From contig CM022679.1 in the NCBI GenBank assembly GCA_012295275.1, positions 29,016,001 to 29,080,000 of the forward strand: 64,000 nucleotides of DNA, read 5' to 3'. The number at the start of each line of letters is the position of its first letter. The first letter of the stretch is position 1. Below, one piece after another: positions 13,825-29,485 of this stretch. Position numbers and translations under genes: made by a program. The notes under the pieces were generated by a model that did no database searches, was not told where the DNA came from, and was given only the letters and a program-made list of their open reading frames with translations. The DNA comes from Chrysomallon squamiferum (lineage: Eukaryota > Animalia > Mollusca).

Positions 13825-16800
13825 TATAAGGAAGGTAATCTGTCTATATATATACATATTTGTTTGCATGCAGGTAAACTGGTTCTGTTCAGGTAACATA
13901 CTGTCGATATCACATTCTGATTTATTTAAATATCGTCACATAGTTTATTTGTTACATTCAAATTTGCTGTTTCTTGATAACAATACCTTAGAGAGACTAC
14001 AAATTACATTAAAACCACATTTAAAAATTCCTGATAGGGTTGAGTGGTATAAATTTACTTGTTTCACAAACAATTCTGTCCTACGTCTAATACACTTGTG
14101 TAACGAAGGTAGTGTTTATTTTACTGTTATATACCAAAGGTATGTCACAGCACGTTCAGACTTGTCATTTTACTAACCAGGTCATTAATACATAACATAT
14201 CTATATATATATATATATATATAAAACATCTCTGTACATGTTATTGCTAATAAGACTAGCTAGTTAACATCAGAGTGAAACTTCACTTAAGATGTACCTT
14301 GTGTTAAAGGATAAACAGATGTAGATAAGAAATAGTCACACCTGTAAAAATAATTGGCTGTTATTTACCTGTCAGGAGTAATTCAGGTAAGTAAAGAAAA
14401 ATGTAGGTAAAAGTGCATTGGGTCATAGGATGGTAATATTTAAACAGGAAAGTTATATTGAAGTGATGAAGAAATTACTTTATGATAATGTGTGGCAACA
14501 GTGGTGACGTTTGTTTTCAGTAAATGTAAAATAAATATAACTGAAAACTGAACAAAAATAAAAATAAATGTAAAAACCCAGACAAAGTTAATAAAAAAGA
14601 CTATACCTGTAAATTACAAGTAAGATAGCAAAGTAGGAAATAAGGGAAAACTAAGAGTAATGAAGTAAATGTTATATGATATTTTTAATCTTTGTATATA
14701 TTTTTTGGTATATAATATGTGAAACAAATTCAGAATAGTCAAATAAATATACCATATCAAAATAATCTAATTTCTATTGTAAATATATATTTCATTTATA
14801 CACACACACACATAAATGTATGAATATGTGGATGCACACATTCACTGTATCATATAATAGAAACATTTTGTGGAGGTTTTTTTTCTCACAAACTAGCCAG
14901 TATAACCCTGTTCTTGTTGTGGTATTAACCTTTCAACATAATACAAAAGACTGTGAGCCATTATTTAAGGATTATTTTACACAAACACTTTATTTGAGAA
15001 TCTAATATAACAGGCTTCATAGAGCTCTGTCAGTGTGTACTGTGTTAAGTTACCAAAACTTTACCAATGGGCAATTTTTATTCATTATTTCAGCAGATAT
15101 CGAGCACGCATTTCATGGGCAATATCTGATCTTACTTGACAGTTGTAAGAGCTGTTGAAATAATTTGAGGTAATTTTAAAAATGCTAGCAGACAAGAGGT
15201 TGTGTCCATGACATATATGCTTGAGCAGTCCACTGATGGAAGACTGCCAAATTTACATGCGTGTGCTTCTTAAGAATTCAGCACGTGTTTGTTGTAAACT
15301 ATCTCCTGTGTTACAAACACAAAGTTTTGATAATCTTCCAAGATACTTCTTAAACTAGACCTACATGTTCACAGGCCTGACCTTTTTACCCCCCCCAAAA
15401 ATAAGTGGGTTAATTAAAAGTGAAGATTTTATTTATTTTTATTTTTTTTTATTTTATTTTTTTTTTTTTTTTTTAAAGAAAGCTTTTTTAAATTTCAATT
15501 ACTTAAAAATTTTAGTTTTTACAGCAAGTAATTTTTAATAGGCCATTTCTAACAGAAAAATATTTAGGTGTATGCTAGATTAAGATCAGCTATATTAATT
15601 AATTTTAGAAACATAACTTTAATTGAATCAGGTTATTGAATAGAACATTTTATGTAACTCAAATATAAATAAGTAAATGTTTAATAAAATAAATAGCTTA
15701 CATTATTTAAGAACTAAAGATTATGATGTTTGCATTTGTATAAATGTTATGTTATGCTTCTTGGGGAATTTTATACCTGTTAGCAGTAAGTATATTTTAC
15801 TTGAACCTTCTCATAGACAGTAAAACCTGCCTTGGCCTTAGATACAGCACCAGTCACAGGTATGGTTGGTATGGGAAATAGGGGAATTGAAACTTAACAA
15901 ATTACTGGATAAAATGTGAGTGTGTGTATGTGTCTCTCTACATTTAAATATATTTTATTCAACAATTCTTTTAAATATATCTATCTGTATATGTGTGTGA
16001 TTGTGTGTACACTCACATATGTATGTATGGTTGTTTTTTGTGGGGGAATGAATTATCATTTATTTATTGGATTTTTAATTTCTGCTTGAATTTAAGACAT
16101 ATCTGTCTGTATTGGTTGGCTTCTAGGTACATTAAAATGAAAAAACATTAAACTAGATTTTTATGATTTCCTTGTGATTCATGTTTTATGTAGGTGTGTT
16201 AAGGAAGTAATTTAATTACAGCTGCAGAATAAATTGTATTCATGTACATTGGACTCCACAGGTGTTTTTTTATTATTGATAATACCTAATCCTGTCTGAT
16301 GTTTAAAATTCACTTTTGGAGGAAGTGCAAAGTAATTAAAAACTGATATATACTTATACAGAAGTTCAAATAACCAGAAATTAAAAACAACAACAAAAAC
16401 AAAAACAACAACAGTAATAATAATAATAATAATAATAATAATTAATTGTAATAATAATGAAAATAATAAAATAATTTAAAAAATAAAATAATTTTAAAAA
16501 ATTTTATTTGAATAACAACATCAACAACAACAGTAAAAAATAAATAAAATATTGTTTTTTTTTTTTTTTTGTTGTTTTTTTGTTTGTTTATTAGCAAACA
16601 TTTAAATATGATGACACATATCTTCAGAATTTCTGAAACAAGTCTGTTTGATTTAGAAGACTCATTAATTTTAATTACAATATATATTAAAGAAAAAAAT
16701 CCAGTGCGTGTATTTATTTATAATTTATTATACTGAGAAGCAATGCAGTTTTATTTACTGTATGTGAAAGAACAAAAAAAAAAAAAAATTTAATTACTTA

Positions 16801-17770
16801 ATACAATTACACAAGTTTTGCCAATTATAGGAGATTTGTAGGAGCCCATTGCTCCTGGAAGCCAAACCCTCACTTTTATCTCTCCACATGTTTATTAATT
16901 TAAACTATTTTAGCATTTTTTGTAACTGGCAGTGTTTCTGTCATTCATGAGTCATAGTTTGTCATTTTTTTTATTTTTTATTTTTTAATTTTAATTTTTT
17001 AGTTATTTTTTTATGTCTAATGAATTATCAGCTGGTCCTGTTAAATACATCAGATGGTATAAATAATTTTTTTTTTTTTATAAAATTATTCAGCTAACCT
17101 TTCATCATACAAAAATGTTTTGATACTGCCTAGCTTTCAGTGATAATTACATAATTCTGTAGTTTTGCTTTCCACATTTTTCAACAATTACTGCTAAATA
17201 TTCAAAAAAAAAAAAAAAAATCACTCACAATATTCTCTGATATAGACTTACCACCATTTGATGTCCAACAGCTGTATAGTTATTTTCTTCTTTTAGGTAG
17301 CATTAATTTATTTTGATAATTCAATTTAATATTGATATTTTGTAAGCACTGATTTTCAAAAAAAAAAAATTGTATTCCAGACTGTAAAAAAATACTCTTG
17401 TTATTCGTCTTTGAAATTGGATGTATTTGTTGTGGCTAGAAAAATTGACACAGATAATTCCGAGTGTTATTTTTGGAGTCTGACAGGATCTTGGCTATGA
17501 GCTGTGTCAGCAAAGAAATCTGGAGAGAATTTCTTACAGATCCACTTTAAATTTCAGTCAGTAATTGTCACTTCTGAACATCAGTGAACGACCAGTTCTT
17601 CATGGACACTGATTTTGACATTTTAATTAGGAAATGTTGTGATTATCATTAATAGATGTTTTTTTTTTTTCGTTTTGTTTTTAAAAAATGTATGAAGAAA
17701 TAGAAAAAAAAATGAAACAAAAACAAATATCTTCCCAAAAAAGAAATCCAAAAACAGACATGAAGAAAAT

Positions 17771-17808
<38 letters not shown>

Positions 17809-18148
17809 TCTGAACCTCATCAAACAAACAAGAAACCCCCCAAAAAAATCAAAACCCCAAAACACAACAACAACAACAAAACAAACAGTAAAAAAAAAAA
17901 AAAAAAAATGATACAACAACCAAAAAAAAAATAACCACAATGGAATTTGATCAATTTTTGTCACGGCACTTACATCATTAGTGAATGACTTACCATACAG
18001 CACAGGTCCAAAAATAAATAAAAAATCCCATTTAAGTATAAATCTAATGAGGTTTGTAATTGTCTTGCTTTGCAGTGATGGTTAAGAAGAAAGAGTGCTG
18101 ACTTGGCCTGTGTCTGTGTGTTTTATTTAAAGTGGTAATGAGCAAGAA

Positions 18149-18214
18149 ATGAGAAATATCCCTGTTCATGGAAATACTGGCGACATGGCCTCTCAGTTCA
18201 CAGACACCATACAT
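18149..18214 (+). CDS. FAM13A: Probable start-codon exon of the FAM13 gene (exon 18076-18214; MRNIPVHGNTGDMASQFTDTIH)
   Basis: Acceptor tttgcag ends at 18075. In-frame upstream TAA at 18128, ATG at 18149, and a consensus GTAAGT donor at 18215 in phase 0, matching the phase-0 acceptor at 34972. This would give about 1041 aa. Confidence 0.6.
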
Positions 18215-19157
18215 GTAAGTATGGATTAAGTAACAGATTACTCTGTGTATACAGTTATGTTGAAAAAAAAAGAATACAATTTCATTTATTTTTTATACAT
18301 AAATTTGGTTAAATTTTTTTTTTACAATGTAATTATTTGGTTTCTGTCATCATGTGTGTATGAATGTTTTAAAAATATTAAACAAAAACTTCGAAATGCA
18401 ACGAAAAAAGCTCATCAAAAATTATCTTTTGATTAATTCATTTTAACTTATCTTTTGAATTTCTTATTCTAGAAGTTAGTACAACTTTATAAGAATATTG
18501 GTATAAAATGATTTATTAGCAAGAAATGTGATCCTTAGATTTCATCTTGACTGTTTCAGTTAGTGAACAACTTATTATATTTTCTTTCCCATATACAAAA
18601 TTGGTATCTTTTGCTGATACATTATTAAAAATGTGAAGTTTGAGAATCAGATTTCTTCTGTCGTATCATTATTAAACAAATCTGTGACTGACATCTAATA
18701 ACCTGGTGATGTTAAAATTTCATTCTTATTTGATGCATTGGTGGTTACATAAAGTCTGCTGATAACGGAGTTTGAGATTAGGATTGGGATAAAAGCAGAT
18801 AATCAATAGAGTTTTAATCACATCAGATGTACCAGGCAGACAGCAAAATGACTTAAGTACATTGCAAATATGGCACCTTATATTGATCTTACGAAAAGAA
18901 TTGGTAAAAATCGGTTTTCATCTCACAAGGTTGTTTTGAAGTAATTATTATCACCATCATCAGCAGCAGCAGCATTTCTATTTCTTTTGTCAGATTTTGT
19001 TCTTTTTCTCTTTCTGTTTTATCTGTCTGTCTTTCTCTCTGGCAGTGATGTTGTCTGGCCAACACATCAGAGCACACCACACCTCACTGTGTTATAACGT
19101 TACTCCACTCTGTACCAGTCCATATACACAAGTCACAGTAATATACCACATTGTATC

Positions 19158-19272
19158 ATATCATCACATCACACTGCAGTATATTACATTATATCATTTA
19201 GCACCATAAAAAAAATATCATCACATCACACTGCAGTATATTACATTATATCATTTAGCACCATAAAAAAAA
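19158..19272. repeat. 57-bp tandem duplication
   Basis: atatcatcacatcacactgcagtatattacattatatcatttagcaccataaaaaaa occurs at 19158 and 19215. Confidence 0.9.
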
Positions 19273-19344
19273 AACGTGATACCATACTGTATCTTATCAG
19301 ATTATACTACTCTATACCACTTTAAACCAGTCCACACTAGACAA

Positions 19345-20310
19345 CTTACACCATACATTATACACCATACAACACACTATACAACACCATACCACACTAT
19401 ACACTATACAATACAATAACACACTATACACTATACAACACCATAGCACACTATACACTATACAACACCATACCACACTATACACTATACAACACCATAC
19501 CACACTATACACTATACAACACCATAACACACTATACACTATACAACACCATACCACACTATACACTATACAACACCATACCACACTATACACTATACAA
19601 CACCATACCACACTATACACTATACAACACCATAACACACTATACACTATACAACACGATACCACACTATACACTATACAACACCATAACACAGTATACA
19701 CTACACAACACCATGTCACACTATACACTATACAACACCATAACACATACACTATACAACACCATACCACACTATACACTACACAACACCATGTCACACT
19801 ATACACTATACAACACCATAACACATTATACACTATACAACACCATACCACACTATACACTATACAACACCAAAACACACTATACACTATACAACACCAT
19901 AACACACTATACACTATACAACACCATACCACACTATACACTATACAACACCATGTCACACTATACACTATACAACACCATACCACACTATACACTATAC
20001 AACATACCACACTATACACTATACAACACCATAACACAGTATACACTATACAACATGATACCACACTATACACTATACAACACGATACCACACTATACAC
20101 TATACAACACCATAACACAGTATACACTATACAACACCATAACACACTATACACTATACAACATGATACCACACTATACAACACCATACACAGTATACAC
20201 TATACAACACCATGTCACACTATACACTATACACCATACAACACAATAACACACTATACACTATACAACACCATGTCACACTATACACCATACAACCCCA
20301 TACCACACTA
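19345..20310. repeat. About 27-bp minisatellite (cacactatacactatacaacaccatac/aa), roughly 35 copies
   Basis: Visible period of 27, producing 9-aa periodic pseudo-ORFs on both strands. Confidence 0.95.
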
Positions 20311-20853
20311 TATACACTGTTACAGTACACTAAGCCTCAGTGCAGTACATTCATACACACACATACTAGAGTACAGTGTGAAACTGACACAAGTAAGAGT
20401 GTTAGTGGAGTATGTCGTCTCACTAACCCATTTGTCTGAAGTACATGAGTGACACTGACAGTGTTTTCACACACCTAACATGCTAGGAATCTGAACATCA
20501 CTTCACTGCATGCACACAATCTGTTATTACACTCTCTCTCTCTCTCAACCCAGACCTTGCAGACAGTAGTTATATTTCAAGGTCTTGATGGGGAAAAAAA
20601 CAGATGAAAAAAAATCGGATTTGTATGCAGATGCATGCACCGAGACATGTACATGTGCCAGATAGACATGGCAGGATAATAAAACACAGACATACACACA
20701 GACAGACATGTATAAATAAACATTACAGTTAATTATATAAACACACCTTTTAGTAAACAGTCACGCAAATAAACATAAGTATGTATGTACATACATACCA
20801 CATACATACATACATGTATTTGGTATCATACGTCATATACTACATAAGTACCA

Positions 20854-20897
<44 letters not shown>

Positions 20898-22607
20898 ATA
20901 TGTTTCCATGTGAACATGTATATTTAAATATGAACAAAGTACACAGACATATTTATTTACACATAAAGATTTACAGTGTTTATCTTGTTTTGTCATAGGT
21001 AATTAGTTATTTTTGATGTATCTGCATTGTCAGGCATTGGTTTGCCTTAAACAGCCAAGCTTAGTTTTAATGCTTAGGATAAAGCAGCCATGTCTGTAGA
21101 AAAGTTATATATATACAATGTCAAAAGCAGTAAATTGTTTTTGTCACTAATAAATTAAAAATATTAATTCAGTATAGTCTGATATTGATTAATGAACATA
21201 TTTATTAATTTTTTTTATTATTATTTGCATTATCATTAAAAGATTCATTTATTGTTATTAAAAAATATTTATTCATCATTATTAAAATATTATTCATTGT
21301 TACATGGAATATGTATTCATTATTAAAATATTGTTATTCATAATATTCATTATTATTAAATAATATTGTTACTCAGAATATTTATTAATTATTAATAAAA
21401 TATTACTCCTTGTTTTTGAACTATTTATTCATTATTATTAAAACATTTATTTATTGTTATTGACAATATTCATTACTGTTGTATTATTATTCCTTTTTTT
21501 TCTAAACATTTAGCCCTTATTATTGAAACATTTATTCATTGTTATTCACAATCTTTATTTATTACTGTTAAGAATATTCTCTGATCCACCTTTCATACAT
21601 CTACATATAACTGTCAACGTTTCCTAAGTTTCATGTTGTGTGTTATTTTATAGATATGTCCTGCAGCCTACATCCACTTTTACAACATTTTCTGTACACT
21701 TAGAAACATTTTATAACTTCAGACGTACTGGGTGAGGCACTACACAGTGATAAAACCATAACTTTCTTTTGTTTACAATTAATCTTAGTCTCAAAGCTTA
21801 ACCTAATACACGTCACCCTAAACTGTTGATGAAATATTACCAGGTAGATTTTGTTTATTTATTTATTTGTTTGTGTGTGTATGTGTGTGTGTGTATGTGT
21901 GTGTGTGTGTGATTTTGTATATCAACAGGCATTTGATTATTTTCATGTGTTTTTTTGTAAATAATAAACAATGTATGTTTACATATAATAAATATGTAAC
22001 TTTAATAATTATAATAATATTAATAATTAATTGTCAGCATCGTCAGAAACTAAATCACTGTAATTAAAAAGAAAAAAGTGGTAAAATCATCTCTCATCAT
22101 CATAAATAAATCTGTGTCACCTTGATACGTCAGTTCAGAATGTATTCGTAATCTGACCGGTGAATAACTAAGTAAACAAATCTGACGACATCATCATCCT
22201 CATTGTTATCATTGATGTTGTCTGCTGCGTTGTTTCATTGTCATGGACTGCAGCTACATTTAATGGAGATGTTTCAGTTGTCATCGTTCGCATTGTTTCA
22301 TTGTGGTCATTACAGTTACGTGGGCCTGTTACAGGGTATTAACATTACCTGAGTTAAGAGGTGTGTGTTCAGTGTACTGTGTCATTGTTTCACCTGTCAC
22401 TGTCTGTTGATGGATGTGTGAAAGAACAGGGTTATAACTTGCTGAAAATCAGCAATAATTTTGCTTTGTCAGTAGAGACTTTTTCTGCAGCTCTTTCAAA
22501 AATTGTCATTGGTGATTTAAAAAGAAATTAAATATATATGTATGTATGTATATATATAAGAAAAGCCCCCAAAAGTTTGATTTTGTAACTTTCTCTAGGA
22601 TTAATTG

Positions 22608-22644
<37 letters not shown>

Positions 22645-23893
22645 TCAAAAGGAGTAAATTGTTTTTGTCACTAATAAATTGTTGATAGCATTTTATCAGT
22701 CGTTTCATGTTTTTCTGATAGACTGGATTTTTAAAACTATTCTTGAATTTCAGAAAATTGGTTTTCAAATCTGGATTTCTTCAAACTGGAATTTAAGAAT
22801 AGATTTCAAAAATTGGATTTTAAAACAAAGTATGTGTTTGTAACTTAGAACTGAATTTTAATTATGTGTGGATTTCAAAACATTTCTCTGGATTTAGAGA
22901 TTTTTAGATAAACAGTTTGAAATATGACTTTAGAGGTATGTGATTTTATTTTATTTTATCATTTCTGTATGTATGTATGTATGGATGCATACATATGTGT
23001 CTGCATGTGTAAGTATGTATGTGTTTGTGTGTATGTGTGTATATATGTAAGTTACACAGTTTCACACTTTAGTGTATTGTAAATTACATCACATTTAACA
23101 CACAAACTTTTAAATCACATGTAACACACAAACTTAAACTGTATTTTGTGTAAAACTGCTGTGAATGTAACTGTGGATGTTACAGGATCACGTCAGCCAT
23201 GTTGATGTAATCAGCTCTCATTCTGCATTTCAGCTTCATTTCTATTAACTGACCAACAATAGTCAAAAAATAAATTAAGAATGACATAATTTACCAGTGT
23301 CTTACAGTACAGATGTGTCTGTCATATGGCCTATAATTATTACTATATATTTCACAGGAACATAAAACAGGATTAAAAAATATATATGTATATATTGTTT
23401 AATATAGATTTGGATTACTGAAGATTTTTGGAGTAAAGATTTCTACTTCAATGAAATATGGGGGCGTTGAGAATGGAAAGTATCAGTAAGACAGTATTTA
23501 GTTACATTTCTGTCATGGGTGCAGCCTATTTGTTTGAAGAGAAGTAGCACTTACATAATTTAAACTAATTTAAATATCATTTTAATAGACTCAGTCTGAT
23601 TCATGTGGAAGATTAATGGAAAAATGTTTCACCTGTCACTCAGAATGAATTACTTATTCAGTTAAGGTTCAGGGATGTCTTTTCATTTACAGAGAGGTCA
23701 GATTTGATTACTGACTTCAGCCAAGTGGTTAATGATTGGGTTGGGCTCCAATGCAGCATAGAATCAATCTTCCTTGATCAGCACTTTGTACTGATTTCTA
23801 ATTCCAACCTCTACAATACAGATGTTTCTTCAAATGCTGTGTTTTTATTTTTATGGCAATATATAAATTATTTTTATATTTTATTGCTGAAAT

Positions 23894-23926
<33 letters not shown>

Positions 23927-25808
23927 TAATGTAAACAAATAATAAAAAGATTATAATATCTTTTTCTATCTATCTGTATATATCTACATATATATATATA
24001 TAATTTAAAAAAAAAAATTAATAGATCTGCCATATTTATTATTTTAGTGATGTCAACAAAATATTAATCTTAAATATAAATAAGCTAAATGAAATATGCT
24101 GTGTATCAGCTGCATTAGTCAGAACAAGACAAATAATTTTTAAAAAAATCTACACGCACGATGTCTGACTCATTTTGCTGTTCTTGGTCACGTTTGTTTT
24201 TTTGAAAGATTTGTTAAGAGTTAAGTGTTATTGCGTAACTGAGTTCTTTCTCTGATACCCAGGATTCAAGTGCTGATAGTCACATCTGGTTAAACAACCA
24301 CTGGCACACAGACCTAGCAAACAAACAACACGGTTTTCTCAAAATGATGTACAGGTGTTGTATTGGCTCCAACTTCCATAATTTTTATTTCTTTCTTTTT
24401 TTTTTTTTTTTCTTTTGTTGCTTTATCCTTGAATTACTGAAAAACACATCTCAGAAACATTCTCAAGCTTGTTTTTAATACATTTCCCTTACTTTTTTAT
24501 TACGTACATGATACATCTATGTCTTTTTGATGAATGGAATGTTCTGTATTGGTAATTAATAAAATCTGTATTATGAATGGGTTAGATTTATTAAAAAAAA
24601 AAAAAAAAAAAAAATACACATGTTGATAGATTAACATAAGTGTTTAATGTGAACAGTATTAAATATACTGGTATGCTCATGTATGTATTCAAACAAATAT
24701 ACATGGAAATCAGTTCACTCTCCAGTAGATACCTTGCATATATATGACTCATCAGATGCATGTTTTACATATTCATACATATTCATACACAAACACTCAA
24801 CAAAACATACACACTATACAGACATTCAGACAAATGTACACCACACCCTTGTCAACAGAATATATTCAGAATACCTTCTTGTTTTGTGGGTTTTGTGATT
24901 TTTTTTCTTTCCCTTTTCTTTCTTTTTGTTTTTTTCATACGAACCCACAGCAAAATACAAATCGTCTAGATTTCCCAAGTGACTCACTCATTTGAAAACT
25001 TTTCTCGTTTATGCAAATTTTTCTCTTAATCGTTGTCTAGACTAATTCTTGATAACGCCATTAAACATGTCTGGTGCATTCACGTCTGAAAATCAATTAA
25101 AAAATAGTCTGGTTTACTGGAAGTGGCCGAAGTTGAAAACAAAGCAGCCGCTGCTGCTCTCAGTGTATAAAAACAGCTGGTGTGGATGTTGTATCCTGCA
25201 GTGGAATCAACCTCATTCTAAATGGGGCACTGTCCCCAGATGTAATAATTTTAGCATGGTTCTACCACAGGTTCATTTTATCACTCGACCTCATTAGGTT
25301 GTAAGGTTATTCACCTTCTTGATGATAATAAATTATCAGTCAAGATTTATTTCCATGTAAACAAAAACATTATAACTTTATAAGTAAATAAATTGTATAA
25401 AATTATTGAACAATTCTAGTAAATAGTATCAGAGTTGTTCACTTCACAAATGTAAACATCATAAAGTCAGTATATATGCTAACAAACATTTTATGAATAA
25501 AAATATTCTTTATGTAAAAAAGGAAATAGTATATGTAGACAAAATCATCAACATTGTTCAATTTATATACATAAATGTGAACAAACATTGTACGATTTAT
25601 ATATGTAAAAGAAAGCATAAACATTATACTGTGAATACACCTTGTGATTGGACAGACTTCATTATTGGCAAAGGTTGATGCCAGTGGTTAAATAAATTAT
25701 TCATACAGTAGATATATAAAGTTCTGTACATCACATAGACACATCAAATGTATAAATTCCTTTTAGTCTTTTTCTGTCTGTTTTATTTTTCACTGTGTTT
25801 CTTTATGT

Positions 25809-25883
<75 letters not shown>

Positions 25884-26966
25884 TCATCTTGACATCAGTT
25901 TCCAGGTTTTACACTGATTCTGGATTTAAAACTAATTGGTGGACAATGCTGATGACAGTGAGGTGATAGAACTCAATTAGCGTGGCCGTTGTTGTCAACT
26001 CTGTGTATTAATGCGAGGTGATTGCATCTGTTCTTCACGAACTGGTCACTGTGGCTTATCCCACTGAATTGTGATTTCATGTGTGAATTCAGTAATTAAA
26101 TCAGTCTAATCGTGTTTGTCTTGCAAGCCCTCTGTCATTGGTCTTAATACTGGTCTCCAGTGTGTATTGTGTCATTGTGTGTTACGTTATTCTGCCGTTA
26201 CTTTTTTCTTATATTCTTTTTATTCGTTTATTTATTTTTTGGGGGGCAGAAAAGCTTTTTGTTACATTTTATTTTGGTATATTTGAATGAATTTGTTATA
26301 CAGTTTGTTAATTGTGCAAAATAATTACTGATTTTAATTTAGTTGTTTTATATATTTTAAAAATTTATTTGATTTTTTACTTGATTTTTTAATTATTATT
26401 ATATTTTATTATATTTTGTTTTATTTTAATTATTATATTTTATATTTTGTTGCTATTTATTTTAATTTTTTCATATTATATTATTATTTTTCAATTAATA
26501 AACTTTTGTTTTTCATTCTTTTAAACATACTTATTTCTTTATTTGTTTCTGTTATTGTTATTTCTTTTTCTTTCTTTCTGTCTTTCTTTCTTTAGTTATT
26601 TATGTTTTCAGTGTTTAAATTCCATTAAGATTGTTGTTAAAATAAGCTGAGAAGTGTAAAAATATAGATTTAAACTGACAAAAAATGATCATATTTTAAT
26701 TTTTGTATTTTATAATTTTCAATATTTCAGCTTTGTTCAAATTCCTGTATGAATTTAACTTTATTTTTTACAAATTTTTCTCTTATTTCACATTTTTGTT
26801 TTCTGTTGCTGTTTTGTTTAGAATTTCATTCTGTTTTTATTATTAATCTATTATTTTGAAATGATTAATTTTATTATTTTTTAATGCATGTTGCTGGATG
26901 TTCTTTAATATGCTTTATTTATTTTATTTTTTGTCAAAATATGTTTTGGCATGTTATGTTTTCAGC

Positions 26967-27023
<57 letters not shown>

Positions 27024-29447
27024 CAAAACATTTAAAATAAAAAAAAATGTTTTTTAAATAAGAGTTTACAAAAATCACAAATACACAAAATACAATTTGT
27101 TTTTTTAGATTTAAATATTAAGTTAATATTCACTCCATGATTGAAAAATGAAAATGATACTAAAAAAATAAAAAATGAAACATGTTTATAACAGTAATTC
27201 ATGTCTGTAAAATTTAAGTTTCTTTTTTTTCTTTAATTTATAACACACATTCTTGAATGTAAAGAAATACGTAACAAATTTAAAAAAAAATAATAATAAT
27301 AATAATAATAAAAAAAAAGCCCCACAAACCCTAAAAGCAAAGATTCCTGTACTGTAACAGTTCTCCATTACTCTAAAATAAATCTTCCCATTGTCTTCTT
27401 CTTTCAGGTTTAAGTTTTAAGCACATCAAAGTCAGGTTTGTCTTGCACACTTGTTTCTTTTTCTTGTTTGTTTTTTTCTAGTTTTGCTTGCTGTCTTTTT
27501 GTCTCTGCATTTTTAATTTTTGTTTTTCACTTTTTGTCTGAATTTGTCTTTGATTTATGTTGCTTGTGAATGCTAAAACTATTTAACAATTCTCTTGTTC
27601 TGTAAGATCAGCCAGTGAAGTTTACTGCAGACTTTATTATTGTTTTTTTTATATTAAAAATCACATATTGAGAAAACATATAATTAATCAGTCATTTTGG
27701 TTGAAAGAAATTTATAAAAATATTATGTATTAATATTGTTGAATATTTTAAAGTATTTATTATTTAAAAATCACATTATTTTTTTAATATAAATTTGTGT
27801 TTTCATATGTATGCAAATGACTGTTACTGAATACAATAATTTCTTTTTTAAACCAAACACAGTTCATTTTCCAATATGTCAAAGTTTCAAATGACCATAT
27901 TTATTAAATAATAGCCATTTAAGTAAACAATTGTTTATTTACATTACCCTTTTCAAATCATTTCTGGTGAACACAATTTGTTAACCTAAAATTCTCTGAA
28001 TTTTTTCAATCAAACCCCCCCCCAAAATAAACATAAAATAAAACAGCTTTTGAAGTCTCTGTGGATACTATTTATAACTGTTTTGTTTTTTACTATAAAT
28101 AAAATCAAACTGGCAGTGTATGTGAATTAGTTAAGCATGAGGCATGCTGTCTGTCAGCTTAATGCTGGTTGAGATATCTAGAACTGTATGAGTTGGTGAT
28201 ATCAAGTCATTTGACTAGCTTCTATACACTAAATAACTGGAGAACTTATAATTCTGAAAGACACTAATACTGACACTACACAGATAACAGTACCTGAGAA
28301 AGATTGACACAGTATTTAACAGATGCAAGCATGTCTGTAATAGTTTACCAATGAAACAATTCAGATTTCAGTAGTTTTGGGGTTTGTCTTTCTTTTTTTC
28401 TTGATTTCATTTTTTTTTTAAATTTAAATTGTTTTTAATTCCTACACAATTATTTCTTCATTTTTTTATTAAATCTTTTTTCATCTTTTCTTTTTCTTTC
28501 ATTTTTTTTATCAGTCAAACAGATCAGTTGATAGATGATCAGTGTTTCTGTTTCCTTAGTCCTTCATCTTCTTTTCTTTTCTCTTTTCAACACTGTACTA
28601 TTATTATCAGTTATTTGTTTTGTTTATTTATTTATTTTATTCCATTTTATTTTGTACCTAATTTTTTATTTTAATTAATTAATTTATTTTATTTTATTTA
28701 TTTGTATTTTAAAAGTTTGTATTATTCATACAGAACAAGTTTGATAATTAGAAAAGTGTCAGTGTGCCTGAATTACAGTTAAATTTGTCAACAACAAACA
28801 AATTGAAACAACTTGATTGTATAAAAAAAAAAAATTGATTGCTTCAGCTTTGCTTCTGCATTTTTTGGTTTTCATTTGCATGTTTGAAATTTGATTTCAG
28901 TTTTGCTTTTTTTTATTATTTGACTTTGTCGTTAATATTTCTTTATTTTATTTACTTTATAGAAAATATTTCTCTACTGTCAACATAGATTTATTAAGAT
29001 TTTAATGTGTGTGGGTTTTTAATTTAAATATTCAAAATAATTTAAGTAAATATTTTAGCTTTATCAGTTTGTTATAATTTGTGTGTGTAAATAAGAAGGT
29101 GTGCATGCATACACATGTGTGTCTGTGTTCGTGTGAGAACTATACAATTTTTTTTGTTCCTGAATTCTGTATTAAAACTTCATATTGGTTATTCCACTTA
29201 AATATACTAGCACTAAAGAAATATTTTTTGTAGAAACCAAAAATTAAAAACCCTTAAATAGTACAATGAATATCTACAAAATTAAATTTCTTATTATGTG
29301 GGTTGTGAGAGAGATATGATCAAATACAAAGTAAATAAATAAATTAAAATAATAAATAAAGATACATTAGAAGAAGAAAAATACAACAAATCCTGTCAAA
29401 TAAATAATAAATCAAAAACCAACTAAATCAATTAATAATAATTTAAG

Positions 29448-29485
<38 letters not shown>

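Noticed and set aside
19312-20439. 291-aa Cys/Trp-rich minus ORF and His/Tyr/Thr-rich plus ORFs
   Set aside because: These are translations of a 27-bp minisatellite; frames shift at unit indels and there is no splice or codon support.
21654-27435. Additional possible FAM13 5' exons (about 21654-21843 and 27408-27435)
   Set aside because: AG/GT pairs exist, but there is no coding or compositional support beyond chance in AT-rich DNA.
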